DNA from: Candidatus Subterrananammoxibius californiae
GTDB lineage: Bacteria; Planctomycetota; Brocadiia; Brocadiales; Subterrananammoxibiaceae
Assembly (NCBI GenBank): GCA_030586555.1
Contig: JAURAC010000013.1
Span: 1-50,670 of the forward strand
DNA length: 50,670 bases
Direction of reading: 5' to 3'
Shown here in pieces: positions 1-8,942 of this stretch. Made by a program: the position numbers and the translations under genes. The notes under the pieces are model-generated. The model was not told where the DNA came from. It saw only the letters and a program-made list of their open reading frames with translations, and searched no databases. Position 1 is the stretch's first letter; each line of letters opens with the position of its first letter.

Positions 1-317
1 CGAGTTGTTGCGTTGTACCGATAATATTAGCATTTTTAGGGCTGGGCAGTCTTGGTGCTGTTTCTTTTCTTGCAAGATATCGGTTAATACTTTTAAGTGT
101 ACCTTTCATCTTTCTTGGGGTTGCCTATTATTTTACTTACAGAAAGAAGCACGAACCTTCTGAGGCGTGCTGTCCTGAAAAGTCATTAACGAAAAACAAT
201 GCTGGTAAAATTATTCTCTGGGTAGTAACAGGGGCTGTAGTTGGTTTAACGTTGTTTGCTTATTTTGAATCATCCTCTGCATTACAAACGGCATGGGAAT
301 GCTGCCCTGTTAGATAG
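1..317 (+). CDS. MerT-like heavy-metal transport membrane protein (5' truncated by window edge)
   Basis: Not in ORF track. Frame from nt 3 reads SCCVVPIILAFLGLGSLGAVSFLARYRLILLSVPFIFLGVAYYFTYRKKHEPSEACCPEK...IILWVVTGAVVGLTLFAYF...ECCPVR-TAG. Cys pair in TM1, YR motif, three TM segments and a loop Cys pair match the MerT layout. Confidence 0.75.
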   Translation, partial: SCCVVPIILAFLGLGSLGAVSFLARYRLILLSVPFIFLGVAYYFTYRKKHEPSEACCPEKSLTKNNAGKIILWVVTGAVVGLTLFAYFESSSALQTAWECCPVR

Positions 318-357
318 ATTTCTTAAGAAAGGTTCCTGTTATCTGGGAAATGAAAAG

Positions 358-702
358 ATGGAGACCCGTATATTGAGGAACGATATTGACATCAGATTAA
401 TGCACACACCGGGCTGTCACAGCTGGAAGGATGCCCTTAAAGTTTTAGAAGAAGCTATGGCAGAGGTTGGAATTAAGTCCACGATTTCTGTTAATATAAT
501 AGAAACTGATGAGGATGCAGTACAGTTTAAGTTTGTCGGGTCTCCAACAATCCAGATAAATGGAGAGGACGTTGATGCCTCATCTAAAAGGGTTACTCAG
601 TACAAAGCCGCCTCCTGTAGGCTTTACTTCTATGAAGGACGGTCTTACGATTACCCACCGAAAGAAATGATTATTAATGCGCTGCTAAGGCATATCCGAT
701 AA
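358..702 (+). CDS. Thioredoxin-fold protein, DUF2703-like (often found in metal-resistance loci)
   Basis: PGCHSW and FVGSPTIQINGEDVD motifs, CRLY near the C-terminus. ATG 358 preferred over TTG 256, which overlaps the MerT-like gene. Confidence 0.6.
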   Translation: METRILRNDIDIRLMHTPGCHSWKDALKVLEEAMAEVGIKSTISVNIIETDEDAVQFKFVGSPTIQINGEDVDASSKRVTQYKAASCRLYFYEGRSYDYPPKEMIINALLRHIR

Positions 703-718
703 TTTTGTAAAAATACAC

Positions 719-747
719 TTGACAAAGGGTGATTTATGTTGTATTAT
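719..747 (+). promoter_or_regulatory. sigma70-type promoter
   Basis: TTGACA-N17-TATTAT upstream of the CsoR-like gene. Confidence 0.6.
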
Positions 748-765
748 ATTTAATAGGGAGAGGGG

Positions 766-1068
766 GTGGGGGTCATCGTGAGCAAGATTTGCATTACACC
801 CGTAAGAAAGAATAAGGCTATACGCAGGCTAAAAGCAATAGAAGGGCAGGTTAAGGGTCTTCAAAAAATGTTGGAGGAAGATAGATACTGCGTTGACATC
901 CTGACGCAGATTTCTTCAACACATGAGGCTTTGCGCAGTGTAGGTAAACTAATAATGCAAAATTATCTTGAGGTATGCGCAACCAATGCGATACGCTCCA
1001 AACACAAGGAAAAGCAGGATGCAATTTACAACGAGTTAATGGACATAATATACAAGTATGTAAAATGA
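766..1068 (+). CDS. CsoR/RcnR-family metal-sensing transcriptional repressor
   Basis: RRLKAIEGQVKGLQKMLEEDRYCVDILTQISS signature. Confidence 0.9.
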   Translation: MGVIVSKICITPVRKNKAIRRLKAIEGQVKGLQKMLEEDRYCVDILTQISSTHEALRSVGKLIMQNYLEVCATNAIRSKHKEKQDAIYNELMDIIYKYVK

Positions 1069-1086
1069 TGGAAGGGGGTGATAACA

Positions 1087-1332
1087 ATGGCAAACAGGAT
1101 AGAAGTGTTTACGGCGGATTGTCCTCTCTGCAAGGATACAATGAAGATTGTAAGGCAGGTTTGTACGAAGTGCGAGATAATCGAGAGACGATGCTCAGGA
1201 GACGTTTGTTGTGATGAAGCTAAGGCGTATGATGTTCGCTCCGTCCCAACAATCGTTTTAAACGCCAAAATAGTCTTTGTAGGCAAACCCACACGTGAAG
1301 AAGTAAGGAAGATGGCACCTTGCGCAAACTGA
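1087..1332 (+). CDS. Small thioredoxin/glutaredoxin-like Cys-rich protein
   Basis: IEVFTADCPLC, SVPTIV cis-Pro loop, FVGKP; additional Cys (CTKC, C...CC). Confidence 0.75.
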   Translation: MANRIEVFTADCPLCKDTMKIVRQVCTKCEIIERRCSGDVCCDEAKAYDVRSVPTIVLNAKIVFVGKPTREEVRKMAPCAN

Positions 1333-1350
1333 CGGTTATTACGTCGAATG

Positions 1351-1415
1351 GGGTGGCACGGACAAACCACGGCTTCGCTAAAGCTTCAGCGATGGCGAGC
1401 TTGACTGTCCGTGCC
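1351..1415. repeat. REP-like palindrome, GGGTGGCA(C/T)GGACAA family, with a nested second element
   Basis: GGGTGGCACGGACAAAC...TGTCCGTGCC; related copies at 7895-7974, 13766, 14485, 25900-25985, 31937-31966 and 47759-47817. Confidence 0.75.
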
Positions 1416-1422
1416 TGCCTTA

Positions 1423-1983
1423 TTAAGGAAAAACTTCAGTCACATTTACGGACAGTCCCTTTAAGACCGTGCTTTTAAGCTTATCTTTCCTACCGTAAAT
1501 ACCTTCGCTTTTGTATCCTTCAACCCCAAGGGTTAAAACCTCGATGGTTTCCTTATCAGGGTCAACAATCCAGTATTCTTTTACCCCTGAGCGGGCATAG
1601 AGCCTGCTTTTGAGCCTTTTATCTATATGCTTTCGTGACCGCGAGAGTATTTCTATAATAAGGTCTGGAGCACCTTGAATATTTTTCTCTGTTATAATGT
1701 TGCTTCTCTCTTTAGAAATAAAGAGGATGTCAGGCTGAACTATATCATATTCAGAAAGTAACACATCGCATGGGGCATAAAAAATCTTTCCTAAATCTTC
1801 TTGCCTTATAAATTCCGATAAGATGAGTGTAAGGTTAAATGAAATCTCCTGATGTTTTGTAAACGGCGATGGTATCATGTAGAGGTCTCCTTCGATAATT
1901 TCGTATCGTTTATCCGCTGGCAAAAGAAGGTAATCCTTATAGGTAAATTTCAGCGATTCTGGGATTTTTGTCATGATTTTCAT
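1423..1983 (-). CDS. Uma2-family (PD-(D/E)XK) endonuclease-like protein
   Basis: YEIIEG...PSP..HQ, VQPDI, GAPDLIIEILS, YARSGVKEYWIVDP. Confidence 0.9.
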   Translation of the reverse strand: MKIMTKIPESLKFTYKDYLLLPADKRYEIIEGDLYMIPSPFTKHQEISFNLTLILSEFIRQEDLGKIFYAPCDVLLSEYDIVQPDILFISKERSNIITEKNIQGAPDLIIEILSRSRKHIDKRLKSRLYARSGVKEYWIVDPDKETIEVLTLGVEGYKSEGIYGRKDKLKSTVLKGLSVNVTEVFP

Positions 1984-2102
1984 CGTTCAGCACCATGAGA
2001 TACGGATTGAAAGGGATAATGTGTTTTGATTATTTCAAGGACGAATTATATCACAATTTTGTCGTAAATCAAGACCCAAAATCTTAAAGACAGCTTTAGT
2101 AG

Positions 2103-2131
2103 TTGACAGCGAAAAAAATAGATGATACGAT
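2103..2131 (+). promoter_or_regulatory. sigma70-type promoter
   Basis: TTGACA-N17-TACGAT. Confidence 0.5.
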
Positions 2132-2198
2132 ACGCAAGACGTATCGGAATTTGTGGGTAATCAAGACTCAGGCATAAGCAAAAGAGGGAGGTAATTTC

Positions 2199-3065
2199 AT
2201 GGCGATAGAATTTGCCGGGATTGGGGGCAGCCAGGCATACGACCTGCTTAAAAAGGGTACGATTTCTGGTAAAAGGGTGGGAGAGATTGCCACACCTTTT
2301 GGGCTTTCACAGCCCATATATCAACTCAGTGAAGGGCCTACAGATTTCTACTTCCTCTCACGGCATGGGGAAAAAGGTTACACCTTTACTGCAACTTATG
2401 TCAATTACAGGGCGAATATTTATGCGCTAAAAGAGCTGGGAATCAAGCAGATTATTTCCTGGTCCGGTCCCGGTGCTATAAACACAAAATATCGTATAGG
2501 TCAATATGTAGTTATTGACGACCTTATAGACGAGACTAAACAGAGGAAATCAACATTTTATGAAAACAAGGGCTGGGGCTTTATCAGGCAAAGCCCCGTG
2601 TTTTGTCCGACGCTTCGGAAACTCGCAAGCGAGGCGTTGACAAACCTGAAATATGACTTCTCTGATGGGGGGACTTATGTATGCACAGAGGGCCCAAGAC
2701 TTGAGACCCCCGCTGAAATAAGGAAGTATGCATCATTTGGCTGCGACCTTGTTGGGATGACGCTCGCCCCTGAGGTCTTTCTTGCAAAGGAACTTGAGAT
2801 GTGTTATGCGGCAATCTGCTACGTCACTAACTACGCTGAAGGTGTAACAAGCAAACCTTTTAAACCAGGAGAACTATTTGAAGGGCTATCTGATGAAGAG
2901 GAACGAAAAGCCGTTGGAAAAGCAGTTACTCAATTCCCATCCCTCCTCAGGGAGATTGCAAAGAACATCGGTAATGCGCAAAAGATATGTAATTGTCAGG
3001 ATGCCATGCAGCGCTACAAAAAGGCAGGCATTATTGGAAGTGACTGGCATGAATGGGTAAAGTAG
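2199..3065 (+). CDS. MTAP-family purine nucleoside phosphorylase (probably methylthioinosine-type)
   Basis: GIGGS, LSRHG, VNYRANIYALK, TEGPRLETPAEI, LVGMT..PE, VTNYA. Confidence 0.85.
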   Translation: MAIEFAGIGGSQAYDLLKKGTISGKRVGEIATPFGLSQPIYQLSEGPTDFYFLSRHGEKGYTFTATYVNYRANIYALKELGIKQIISWSGPGAINTKYRIGQYVVIDDLIDETKQRKSTFYENKGWGFIRQSPVFCPTLRKLASEALTNLKYDFSDGGTYVCTEGPRLETPAEIRKYASFGCDLVGMTLAPEVFLAKELEMCYAAICYVTNYAEGVTSKPFKPGELFEGLSDEEERKAVGKAVTQFPSLLREIAKNIGNAQKICNCQDAMQRYKKAGIIGSDWHEWVK

Positions 3066-3093
3066 AGATACATTCGCTTCGCTCAGTACAAGC

Positions 3094-4404
3094 ATGTTCA
3101 TTTTGAGAGCAAAATATCTGTTACCTGTGCCTGAAAAGGCGATAGAAAATGGCGCATTAGCAATAAAAGAATCAAAGATAGTGGCTGTGGGTAAATATCC
3201 AGATATTCACCGTGACCCGCCTATGGCGGGCTGTCCTGTTATTGATTTGGGCGAAAGCGTAATCCTGCCGGGGCTTATAAATTCCCATACACACCTTGAA
3301 CTGACATCACTCCATGGTACTATAAAACCAACAAAGAGTTTCACCAATTGGATAATGAAGGTCGTTAGAGCGAGACTGTCCTGGGGTGAGGGAAAACTCA
3401 ACAACTCAGTGCAAAATGGAATTACGATGTCCATGGAATCTGGCACGACAACCCTCGCCGATATAAGCACTACAGGACATGCCTTCCAGAAGCTTAAGTG
3501 TAGCCCGCTGAGGAAAACCATCTTCCATGAGGTTATTGATTTTAACCCCTCCACCGCAGAAACAACTGCTCAAGGTGCACGAGAAAAAATCACAGGCTTT
3601 CCATGCGATAATCTACTAACAATAGGTATATCACCACACGCACCCTATACAGTATCCGAAGAACTCTATCGCAAGTGCCTGGAGCTTTCCCGTGAACTGA
3701 ACATTCCTATCTGCACACACATAGCAGAAACGAAGGATGAGATTGAGTTCCTTGTTAGAGGTTCTGGTAGTCTTGCGAGCCTGCTCAGGGCGCAAAACAT
3801 GCTGGACGAATCCGCCTCAGGCGGACATCCACCGGGTCTTTTACCTGTTGAGTATTTAAATAATGTAGGCTTTTTGAAGAAAGGTAGGGGCGGGGTAACC
3901 TCGCCCCTACTTATACATTGCAACTATCTCTCTGATAAAGAAATATCCATAATTAAAGAATCTGGCGCAAGTGTTGTATTTTGTCCGAGAAGCCACAAAT
4001 TCTTTGGGCACGAGAATCATCCATTCCGTGAACTATTGTCGAAAGGGGTCAATGTAGCACTTGGTACCGATAGCCTTGCAAGTAATAGTTCGCTCAGTAT
4101 ACTCGATGAAATGAGGTTTTTATATGAACATCATCCTGACCTTAAACCACAACAAATTCTTTCTATGACAACAATAAATGGCGCCATGGCATTAGGATTA
4201 GAAGATAAAGTAGGAAGGCTTGAAGAAGGTTTTGAAGCGGATATAACGGTAATTGATGTGCAAGGGAGCAATCCCCCCCACCCCCCCTTTGTTAAAGGGG
4301 GGAATGGGGGGATTTATGAAAGGCTATTTGAACAAGCATCGAGAAATATATTGACAATAGTGGCTGGGCAGGTTTGCTACGATAGACACGGGGTTTTTCA
4401 CTAA
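3094..4404 (+). CDS. Amidohydrolase, MTA/SAH or aminodeoxyfutalosine deaminase-like
   Basis: PGLINSHTHLE, SPHAPYTVS, HIAET..E, IHCNY, LGTDSLASN; four internal palindromic inserts. Confidence 0.85.
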   Translation: MFILRAKYLLPVPEKAIENGALAIKESKIVAVGKYPDIHRDPPMAGCPVIDLGESVILPGLINSHTHLELTSLHGTIKPTKSFTNWIMKVVRARLSWGEGKLNNSVQNGITMSMESGTTTLADISTTGHAFQKLKCSPLRKTIFHEVIDFNPSTAETTAQGAREKITGFPCDNLLTIGISPHAPYTVSEELYRKCLELSRELNIPICTHIAETKDEIEFLVRGSGSLASLLRAQNMLDESASGGHPPGLLPVEYLNNVGFLKKGRGGVTSPLLIHCNYLSDKEISIIKESGASVVFCPRSHKFFGHENHPFRELLSKGVNVALGTDSLASNSSLSILDEMRFLYEHHPDLKPQQILSMTTINGAMALGLEDKVGRLEEGFEADITVIDVQGSNPPHPPFVKGGNGGIYERLFEQASRNILTIVAGQVCYDRHGVFH

Positions 4405-4424
4405 TAAACCTCGTTGTCCACTTA

Positions 4425-4895
4425 CTACTTCGATTTGTCCATAATTTTATTGATGCCATGTTGTTTAATATTTAAAACAGACCACTTATCAAACCCCTTT
4501 GCCACCCTGTAAGTAAGGAAGTATGCAAGAGGAGAAACACCGTTTGTAAACTGGTCGGATAGCAGATGTATAATATATCCCAGTGTGGCAAAGGATAATG
4601 TCAGATTTAACTTGCTCAGGAAACATGTCAAAATCAAGATTATAGCAAGCTCGTGGGCATGAAAGAAGAAATAGAAATGCGTGCCTAAAGGCGCAGGATG
4701 TAACCTATCAAAATGATTCAAAAATCTCTTAACGCTAAAAATCCACACATTGACTTTTATGTAGTCATAGAAGTGGTCAACATCAATAAGCCAGCCGGTT
4801 AAGAAGCAGGCGATACTGGGTGATAACGCCCCAGTCAGGCTGTATACCACTGCTCCACTTATTGTTGAAACCACGAAGTGTTTAAATGGTCTCAT
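4425..4895 (-). CDS. Membrane protein, putative metal-dependent hydrolase (YdjM-like)
   Basis: N-terminal H, DVDH, FHAHE and HLLSD motifs between hydrophobic segments. Confidence 0.55.
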   Translation of the reverse strand: MRPFKHFVVSTISGAVVYSLTGALSPSIACFLTGWLIDVDHFYDYIKVNVWIFSVKRFLNHFDRLHPAPLGTHFYFFFHAHELAIILILTCFLSKLNLTLSFATLGYIIHLLSDQFTNGVSPLAYFLTYRVAKGFDKWSVLNIKQHGINKIMDKSK

Positions 4896-6880
4896 TATAA
4901 ATTTAAGCCCAGTTGATACCCCTCATGCACAGCATCATGAATATTGCTCGGCTTCTTAGCATCCCCGATAATGTGTACGTCCTTTACCATGTCTTTTATC
5001 TTGAAGAAGACATCGTTATTGGGGTCGAAGCCTGTAGCATTTATTACCACGTCTGCCTCGAGAGCCACCTCTTTACCATCGCAGTTGGTAATTATTACCT
5101 TTGTTGCCGTAATTTCTTTTACGCTTGCATTAAGGTATATTTTAACTCCGTACATATTTAGCTTTTGTAAAAGTATAGCTCTGTTTATGGCATCCATTTC
5201 GCCTGCAGGATATGAAAGCCTTTCCACAATAGTTACATGTCGTGCCTGAGGCAGATTCGCCGTGGCGAACTTGCCCTTTTCTGCAAGGAACTCGGCTATC
5301 TCACATCCTACAAGTCCGGCGCCAATTACAACATTGTTTTTTCCGCCTTCTTTACTGCCAAATAATATTTGTCCGGGGCTTAACACTTCCCTTCCGCCAC
5401 TTATAGGGGCGGTCAATTTCTTCAGTTTTACCCCTGTAGCAACAATTACTACATCGGTGTTATTGTTTTTTACGGCATCCTCGTTAAGCTCACATTCCAG
5501 CTTCAGTTTTATGGAGGATTTTTTAACGCTTCGTTCAAGAAGTTCAAGAAATTTGTTCCACGATGTTTTTCCTGGAGCTTTCGGTGCGGCTTTCAGGTGT
5601 CCGCCCAGCTTAGGGGCTTTTTCTAATAATGTAACTTCGTGTCCTCGTTTTGCTATGGCAAGTGCAGCAAATATGCCGGCGGGCCCGCTTCCACCAACGA
5701 GTATTTTCTTTTTGGAACTTGCAATTTGTCCGCCTGAGGTGGATTCATTTGCGCCTTCTCTACCTACCGTAGGATTTATCGTACAATCAGCGCTAAGACC
5801 CTTCAAAACTCTATCTGCGCAGTTTGCACAGGAGACACATTCAATTATTTCATCATACTGTTTTGCCTTAATCTTAAGGGGAAGTTCAGGCTCACAGAAT
5901 AGAGCTCTGTCAAGAGCTACGCCATCTGCCTGCCCGGAAGAAACAATTTCCTCACATAGCTTTGGGTCAGTAATCTTTCCACTTACGAATACAGGACAGG
6001 ATTTGCCGCTGTGCTCAAGTTCCTTCTTTATCGAAGCTGCCAATGATACTGTGCTGCCTTCGGGCGACCTCATAGCAAAGAGTCCGTCATTCAATAAAAA
6101 TGATTCAGGCGTGCCGGACGTTATAGTAAGATAAGAAACACCCTTTTCAACAAGCCTTTTTGCAAAGACCTGTGCGTCATTAATAGCAAAACCTCCAGGC
6201 ATCAATTCATCTGCCATCATCTGGTATCCGATGGGATAATCCTCTCCAAGCGCTTCTCTTGTTTTTTCTATAATTTCAATGGCAAATGACATCCTGCCTT
6301 CCATGTTACCGCCGTATCTGTCCGACCTGTTGTTTGTTCTTGGAGATATGAACTGGCTCAAGAGGTATCCGTAACCACCGCCTAATTCAATCATATCGAA
6401 TCCTGCATCCCTTGCACTTGTGGCGGCTTTTACGAAGGCAGCTATCGCAGACTCTATTTCTTTTGCATTCATAGTGGAATACGAGAACTTCTTGCCTGTA
6501 ACAGGACACTCAAATGTTCCAGCAGAAGGCGCCCGCGAATGTTTAACGTTTGACAACCTTCCTCCATGATTAAGTTGTAGCACCGCTACGGCTCCATTCT
6601 CTTTTATGGCTTCTGCCAGCTTGTTTAAACCAGAAATAAAAAAGGTATGGTTTGCCATAATTTGCGCAGGATAGGACCTTCCATTTTCATCAACCGCTGC
6701 TCCCTCTACTACTATAAGCGACGCCCCTCCCCTTGCACGCCTGGCATAATAATTAAGCATTGTCATTGATATATTGCCATCTATATGACCAAACCCAGTT
6801 GGCATGGCAGACATCGTGATGCGGTTCTTTAATAAATAGTTTCCTATTTTTAATGGCTCCAATAAACCTGCTAACGGCAT
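4895..6880 (-). CDS. NADH:flavin oxidoreductase (OYE barrel, 4Fe-4S, FAD/NAD domains; FadH/BaiCD-like architecture)
   Basis: LKNRITMSAM, YYARRARGG, QLNHGGR, SPRTNNRSDRYGG, CVSCANC..C, GSGPAG and GAGLVGCE Rossmann motifs. Confidence 0.9.
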   Translation of the reverse strand: MPLAGLLEPLKIGNYLLKNRITMSAMPTGFGHIDGNISMTMLNYYARRARGGASLIVVEGAAVDENGRSYPAQIMANHTFFISGLNKLAEAIKENGAVAVLQLNHGGRLSNVKHSRAPSAGTFECPVTGKKFSYSTMNAKEIESAIAAFVKAATSARDAGFDMIELGGGYGYLLSQFISPRTNNRSDRYGGNMEGRMSFAIEIIEKTREALGEDYPIGYQMMADELMPGGFAINDAQVFAKRLVEKGVSYLTITSGTPESFLLNDGLFAMRSPEGSTVSLAASIKKELEHSGKSCPVFVSGKITDPKLCEEIVSSGQADGVALDRALFCEPELPLKIKAKQYDEIIECVSCANCADRVLKGLSADCTINPTVGREGANESTSGGQIASSKKKILVGGSGPAGIFAALAIAKRGHEVTLLEKAPKLGGHLKAAPKAPGKTSWNKFLELLERSVKKSSIKLKLECELNEDAVKNNNTDVVIVATGVKLKKLTAPISGGREVLSPGQILFGSKEGGKNNVVIGAGLVGCEIAEFLAEKGKFATANLPQARHVTIVERLSYPAGEMDAINRAILLQKLNMYGVKIYLNASVKEITATKVIITNCDGKEVALEADVVINATGFDPNNDVFFKIKDMVKDVHIIGDAKKPSNIHDAVHEGYQLGLNL

Positions 6881-6891
6881 CTAAAAACCTC

Positions 6892-7821
6892 CTATTTAAT
6901 ATTAACGGTAGTAAGTTTGTGTGATTCATAAGCGTCAATAAAGAATTTTACGTCATTTATATCTCCGCCAATCATCTCCATGGTGTAATTTTCTATTTTG
7001 TTTTTCTTCAGCATATAGATTATCCTATCCATGTCTATTTCAAATGCCCTTGAAAAACGCGAGTGTGTATCTCCGCCCTTTTTGAAATTCCAGCCATGTC
7101 CAATCTGGTTTGTGTTGAGGTGCACCCCTGCTACTTTTGTATTTTTGCATACCTTATTTATGCCCTCGTAAAAATCGAATCTGTGCAGTATGGACGCTGC
7201 CCATAGGTGACCAACATCGAGCCATATTGGGCATTCTAAAAAAATTAGCTGCTCAGGCGTCTGGTTGCCATTGCCAATACCGGGAAAGTCGTTCTCTATG
7301 CAAATTATAAATTGTGGATATTTGTTGCATAGAAGGTTCATGTTTCGTTTTACGTTGCGTTGACATTCTTTAAATTCATCAGTATCGAAATATTTGGGGT
7401 CCATGACATTTGTGTCGTCCAGACGGTATTTCTGGTCTATTGCCTCGCGCATAAGACGGGTGTAATTCTTTGGGTCGTTTTTAATTTTCTTCTTCGTCAT
7501 AAAAAAGCCGTGAAACATGGTAATCTTTGCATTCAGCTCTTCCATGACTTTAACGGTATCACGGAATCCACTATTAACATCCTCAAAATCATCATTGGCT
7601 AAGTTTAAAAGGTATGGTGATAGAACAGGCGAATGAACAGAGAATTCTATCCGCCTTAGGCGGACTTTTAGTTCCTCATACATTATTTTGGTAACTGAGT
7701 TGTGCAACTGGATACCAAACTTGTATCCATTATCCTCAACAAAGTTTCTGCATTCTTCTATCTTTTTGAAATAATCTTTGTCGGTAAAACAAGCAGTGCT
7801 CAACTCGATTTTTATATTCAT
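6892..7821 (-). CDS. TIM-barrel protein, xylose isomerase-like / AP endonuclease 2 family
   Basis: SVHSP, CIEND, LDVGHL, GVHL, DTH and a terminal E, the metal-ligand pattern of this family. Confidence 0.6.
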   Translation of the reverse strand: MNIKIELSTACFTDKDYFKKIEECRNFVEDNGYKFGIQLHNSVTKIMYEELKVRLRRIEFSVHSPVLSPYLLNLANDDFEDVNSGFRDTVKVMEELNAKITMFHGFFMTKKKIKNDPKNYTRLMREAIDQKYRLDDTNVMDPKYFDTDEFKECQRNVKRNMNLLCNKYPQFIICIENDFPGIGNGNQTPEQLIFLECPIWLDVGHLWAASILHRFDFYEGINKVCKNTKVAGVHLNTNQIGHGWNFKKGGDTHSRFSRAFEIDMDRIIYMLKKNKIENYTMEMIGGDINDVKFFIDAYESHKLTTVNIK

Positions 7822-7894
7822 TATTTATTCCAGTGATAAGAAAAACCCTGTCCATCCACCTAAGTAGACAACGGACTTTATGTCCGTTGAAAAT

Positions 7895-7974
7895 CACGGA
7901 CAAATGAATTTGTCCATGCCACCCTGCGTTCTGTATAAGATAAGGGGTGGTACGGACAAACTTGTTTATCCGTG
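7895..7974. repeat. Two inverted REP-like palindromes (GGGTGGCA family)
   Basis: CACGGACAAATGAATTTGTCCATGCCACCC ... GGGTGGTACGGACAAACTTGTTTATCCGTG. Confidence 0.75.
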
Positions 7975-8015
7975 TGTAAAACAAGGCGGACGAATTCAGG
8001 GTTTGATAGTAAAAA

Positions 8016-8090
8016 TGACCCCATGGGGATTTGAACCCCAGTTCTCAGATCGAAAATCTGATGTCCTAGACCAGGCTAGACGATGGGGCC
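8016..8090 (-). tRNA. tRNA-Glu(TTC)
   Basis: Reverse complement folds as a cloverleaf: GGCCCCA acceptor, anticodon arm TCAGA-TTTTCGA-TCTGA, T-loop TTCAAAT; no encoded CCA. Confidence 0.93.
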
Positions 8091-8120
8091 GTTACCGTTA
8101 TAGTCAATAAATGAAAAAAG

Positions 8121-8193
8121 TGAGGGCAGATGGATTCGAACCATCGACCTACGACTTAAAAGGCCGTTGCTCTGCCAACTGAGCTATGCCCCC
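8121..8193 (-). tRNA. tRNA-Lys(TTT)
   Basis: GGGGGCA/TGCCCTC acceptor, GCTC-AGTTGGCA-GAGC D-arm, ACGGC-CTTTTAA-GTCGT anticodon arm, TTCGAAT. Confidence 0.95.
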
Positions 8194-8202
8194 AGAACAA
8201 AA

Positions 8203-8366
8203 AAATCCTAATTCCTAAATCCGAACCCCTAAACAAATCCTAATGACCCAAATCCCAAAATCTAAACCGTTTGAGATCAAAGATTGATCCGCCTTAGGCG
8301 GAGAAACATTTGGAAAATTGGGGTTTAGTATTTGTTTCGGATTTCGATATTCGGATTTCGCATTTT
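8203..8366. repeat. Imperfect long inverted repeat built from degenerate heptamers, with a central TCCGCCTTAGGCGGA palindrome
   Basis: AAATCCTAATTCCTAAATCCGAA...AAACAAAT opposite ATTTGTTTCGGATTTCGATATTCGGATTT. Confidence 0.65.
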
Positions 8367-8376
8367 TGTATTGATG

Positions 8377-8937
8377 TTATATTTTCATTACTTCTTCTGT
8401 TTTCTTTGAAAGTAATTCGTCAGCCTTTTCCTCGTATTCGTTTGTTAATTTCTGGACATCCTTTTTCGCCTTATCCGCAACATCCTCTGAAATGATAGAA
8501 TCCTTTTCTATCTTATCAATGTGTTTATTTGCATCACGTCTTACGTTACGGATGGCTATCTTCGCCTCTTCGCTCAATTCCTTAATTTGATGTACCAGCT
8601 TCTTTCTTGTTTCTTCACTTAATGGTGGAATTGGAATGCGAATAACCTTCCCATCTGTATTGGGCGCAAACCCAAGCTCAGACTGTAAGATAGCCTTTTC
8701 TATTTCTTTCAATGTAGATGGGTCAAATGGCTTTATAATAATTAACTGGGCTTCTGGTACGGTTATATTCGCTATTTGTTTTAAAGGAAGTTGCGAACCA
8801 TAACAGTTAACCTTGAGGTTCTCAACGAGACCAGTGCTTGCCCGCCCTGTTCTAATTCCCCTGAACTCAGCTTGCAATACTTCAATTCCCTTTTCCATCT
8901 TTTCTTCGGCTTCAAGCAGGATTTCATCGGCATCCAT
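8377..8937 (-). CDS. frr: Ribosome recycling factor
   Basis: IRTGRAS, IPIPPLSEE.R, IRNVRRDAN; downstream of pyrH. Confidence 0.97.
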   Translation of the reverse strand: MDADEILLEAEEKMEKGIEVLQAEFRGIRTGRASTGLVENLKVNCYGSQLPLKQIANITVPEAQLIIIKPFDPSTLKEIEKAILQSELGFAPNTDGKVIRIPIPPLSEETRKKLVHQIKELSEEAKIAIRNVRRDANKHIDKIEKDSIISEDVADKAKKDVQKLTNEYEEKADELLSKKTEEVMKI

Positions 8938-8942
8938 TGCCT

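Noticed and set aside
5262..6134. 290-aa plus-strand ORF and similar long antisense ORFs (e.g. 25188-25841, 35719-36279, 12029-12439)
   Set aside because: Shadow frames opposite well-supported genes, with no motifs or RBS.
8016..8193. tRNA-targeted genomic island or prophage
   Set aside because: No integrase, phage genes or duplicated tRNA 3' end seen in the window.
7736..8495. Short ORFs 7736-7984, 7880-8110 and 8310-8495
   Set aside because: They run through REP elements, a tRNA or heptamer repeats.
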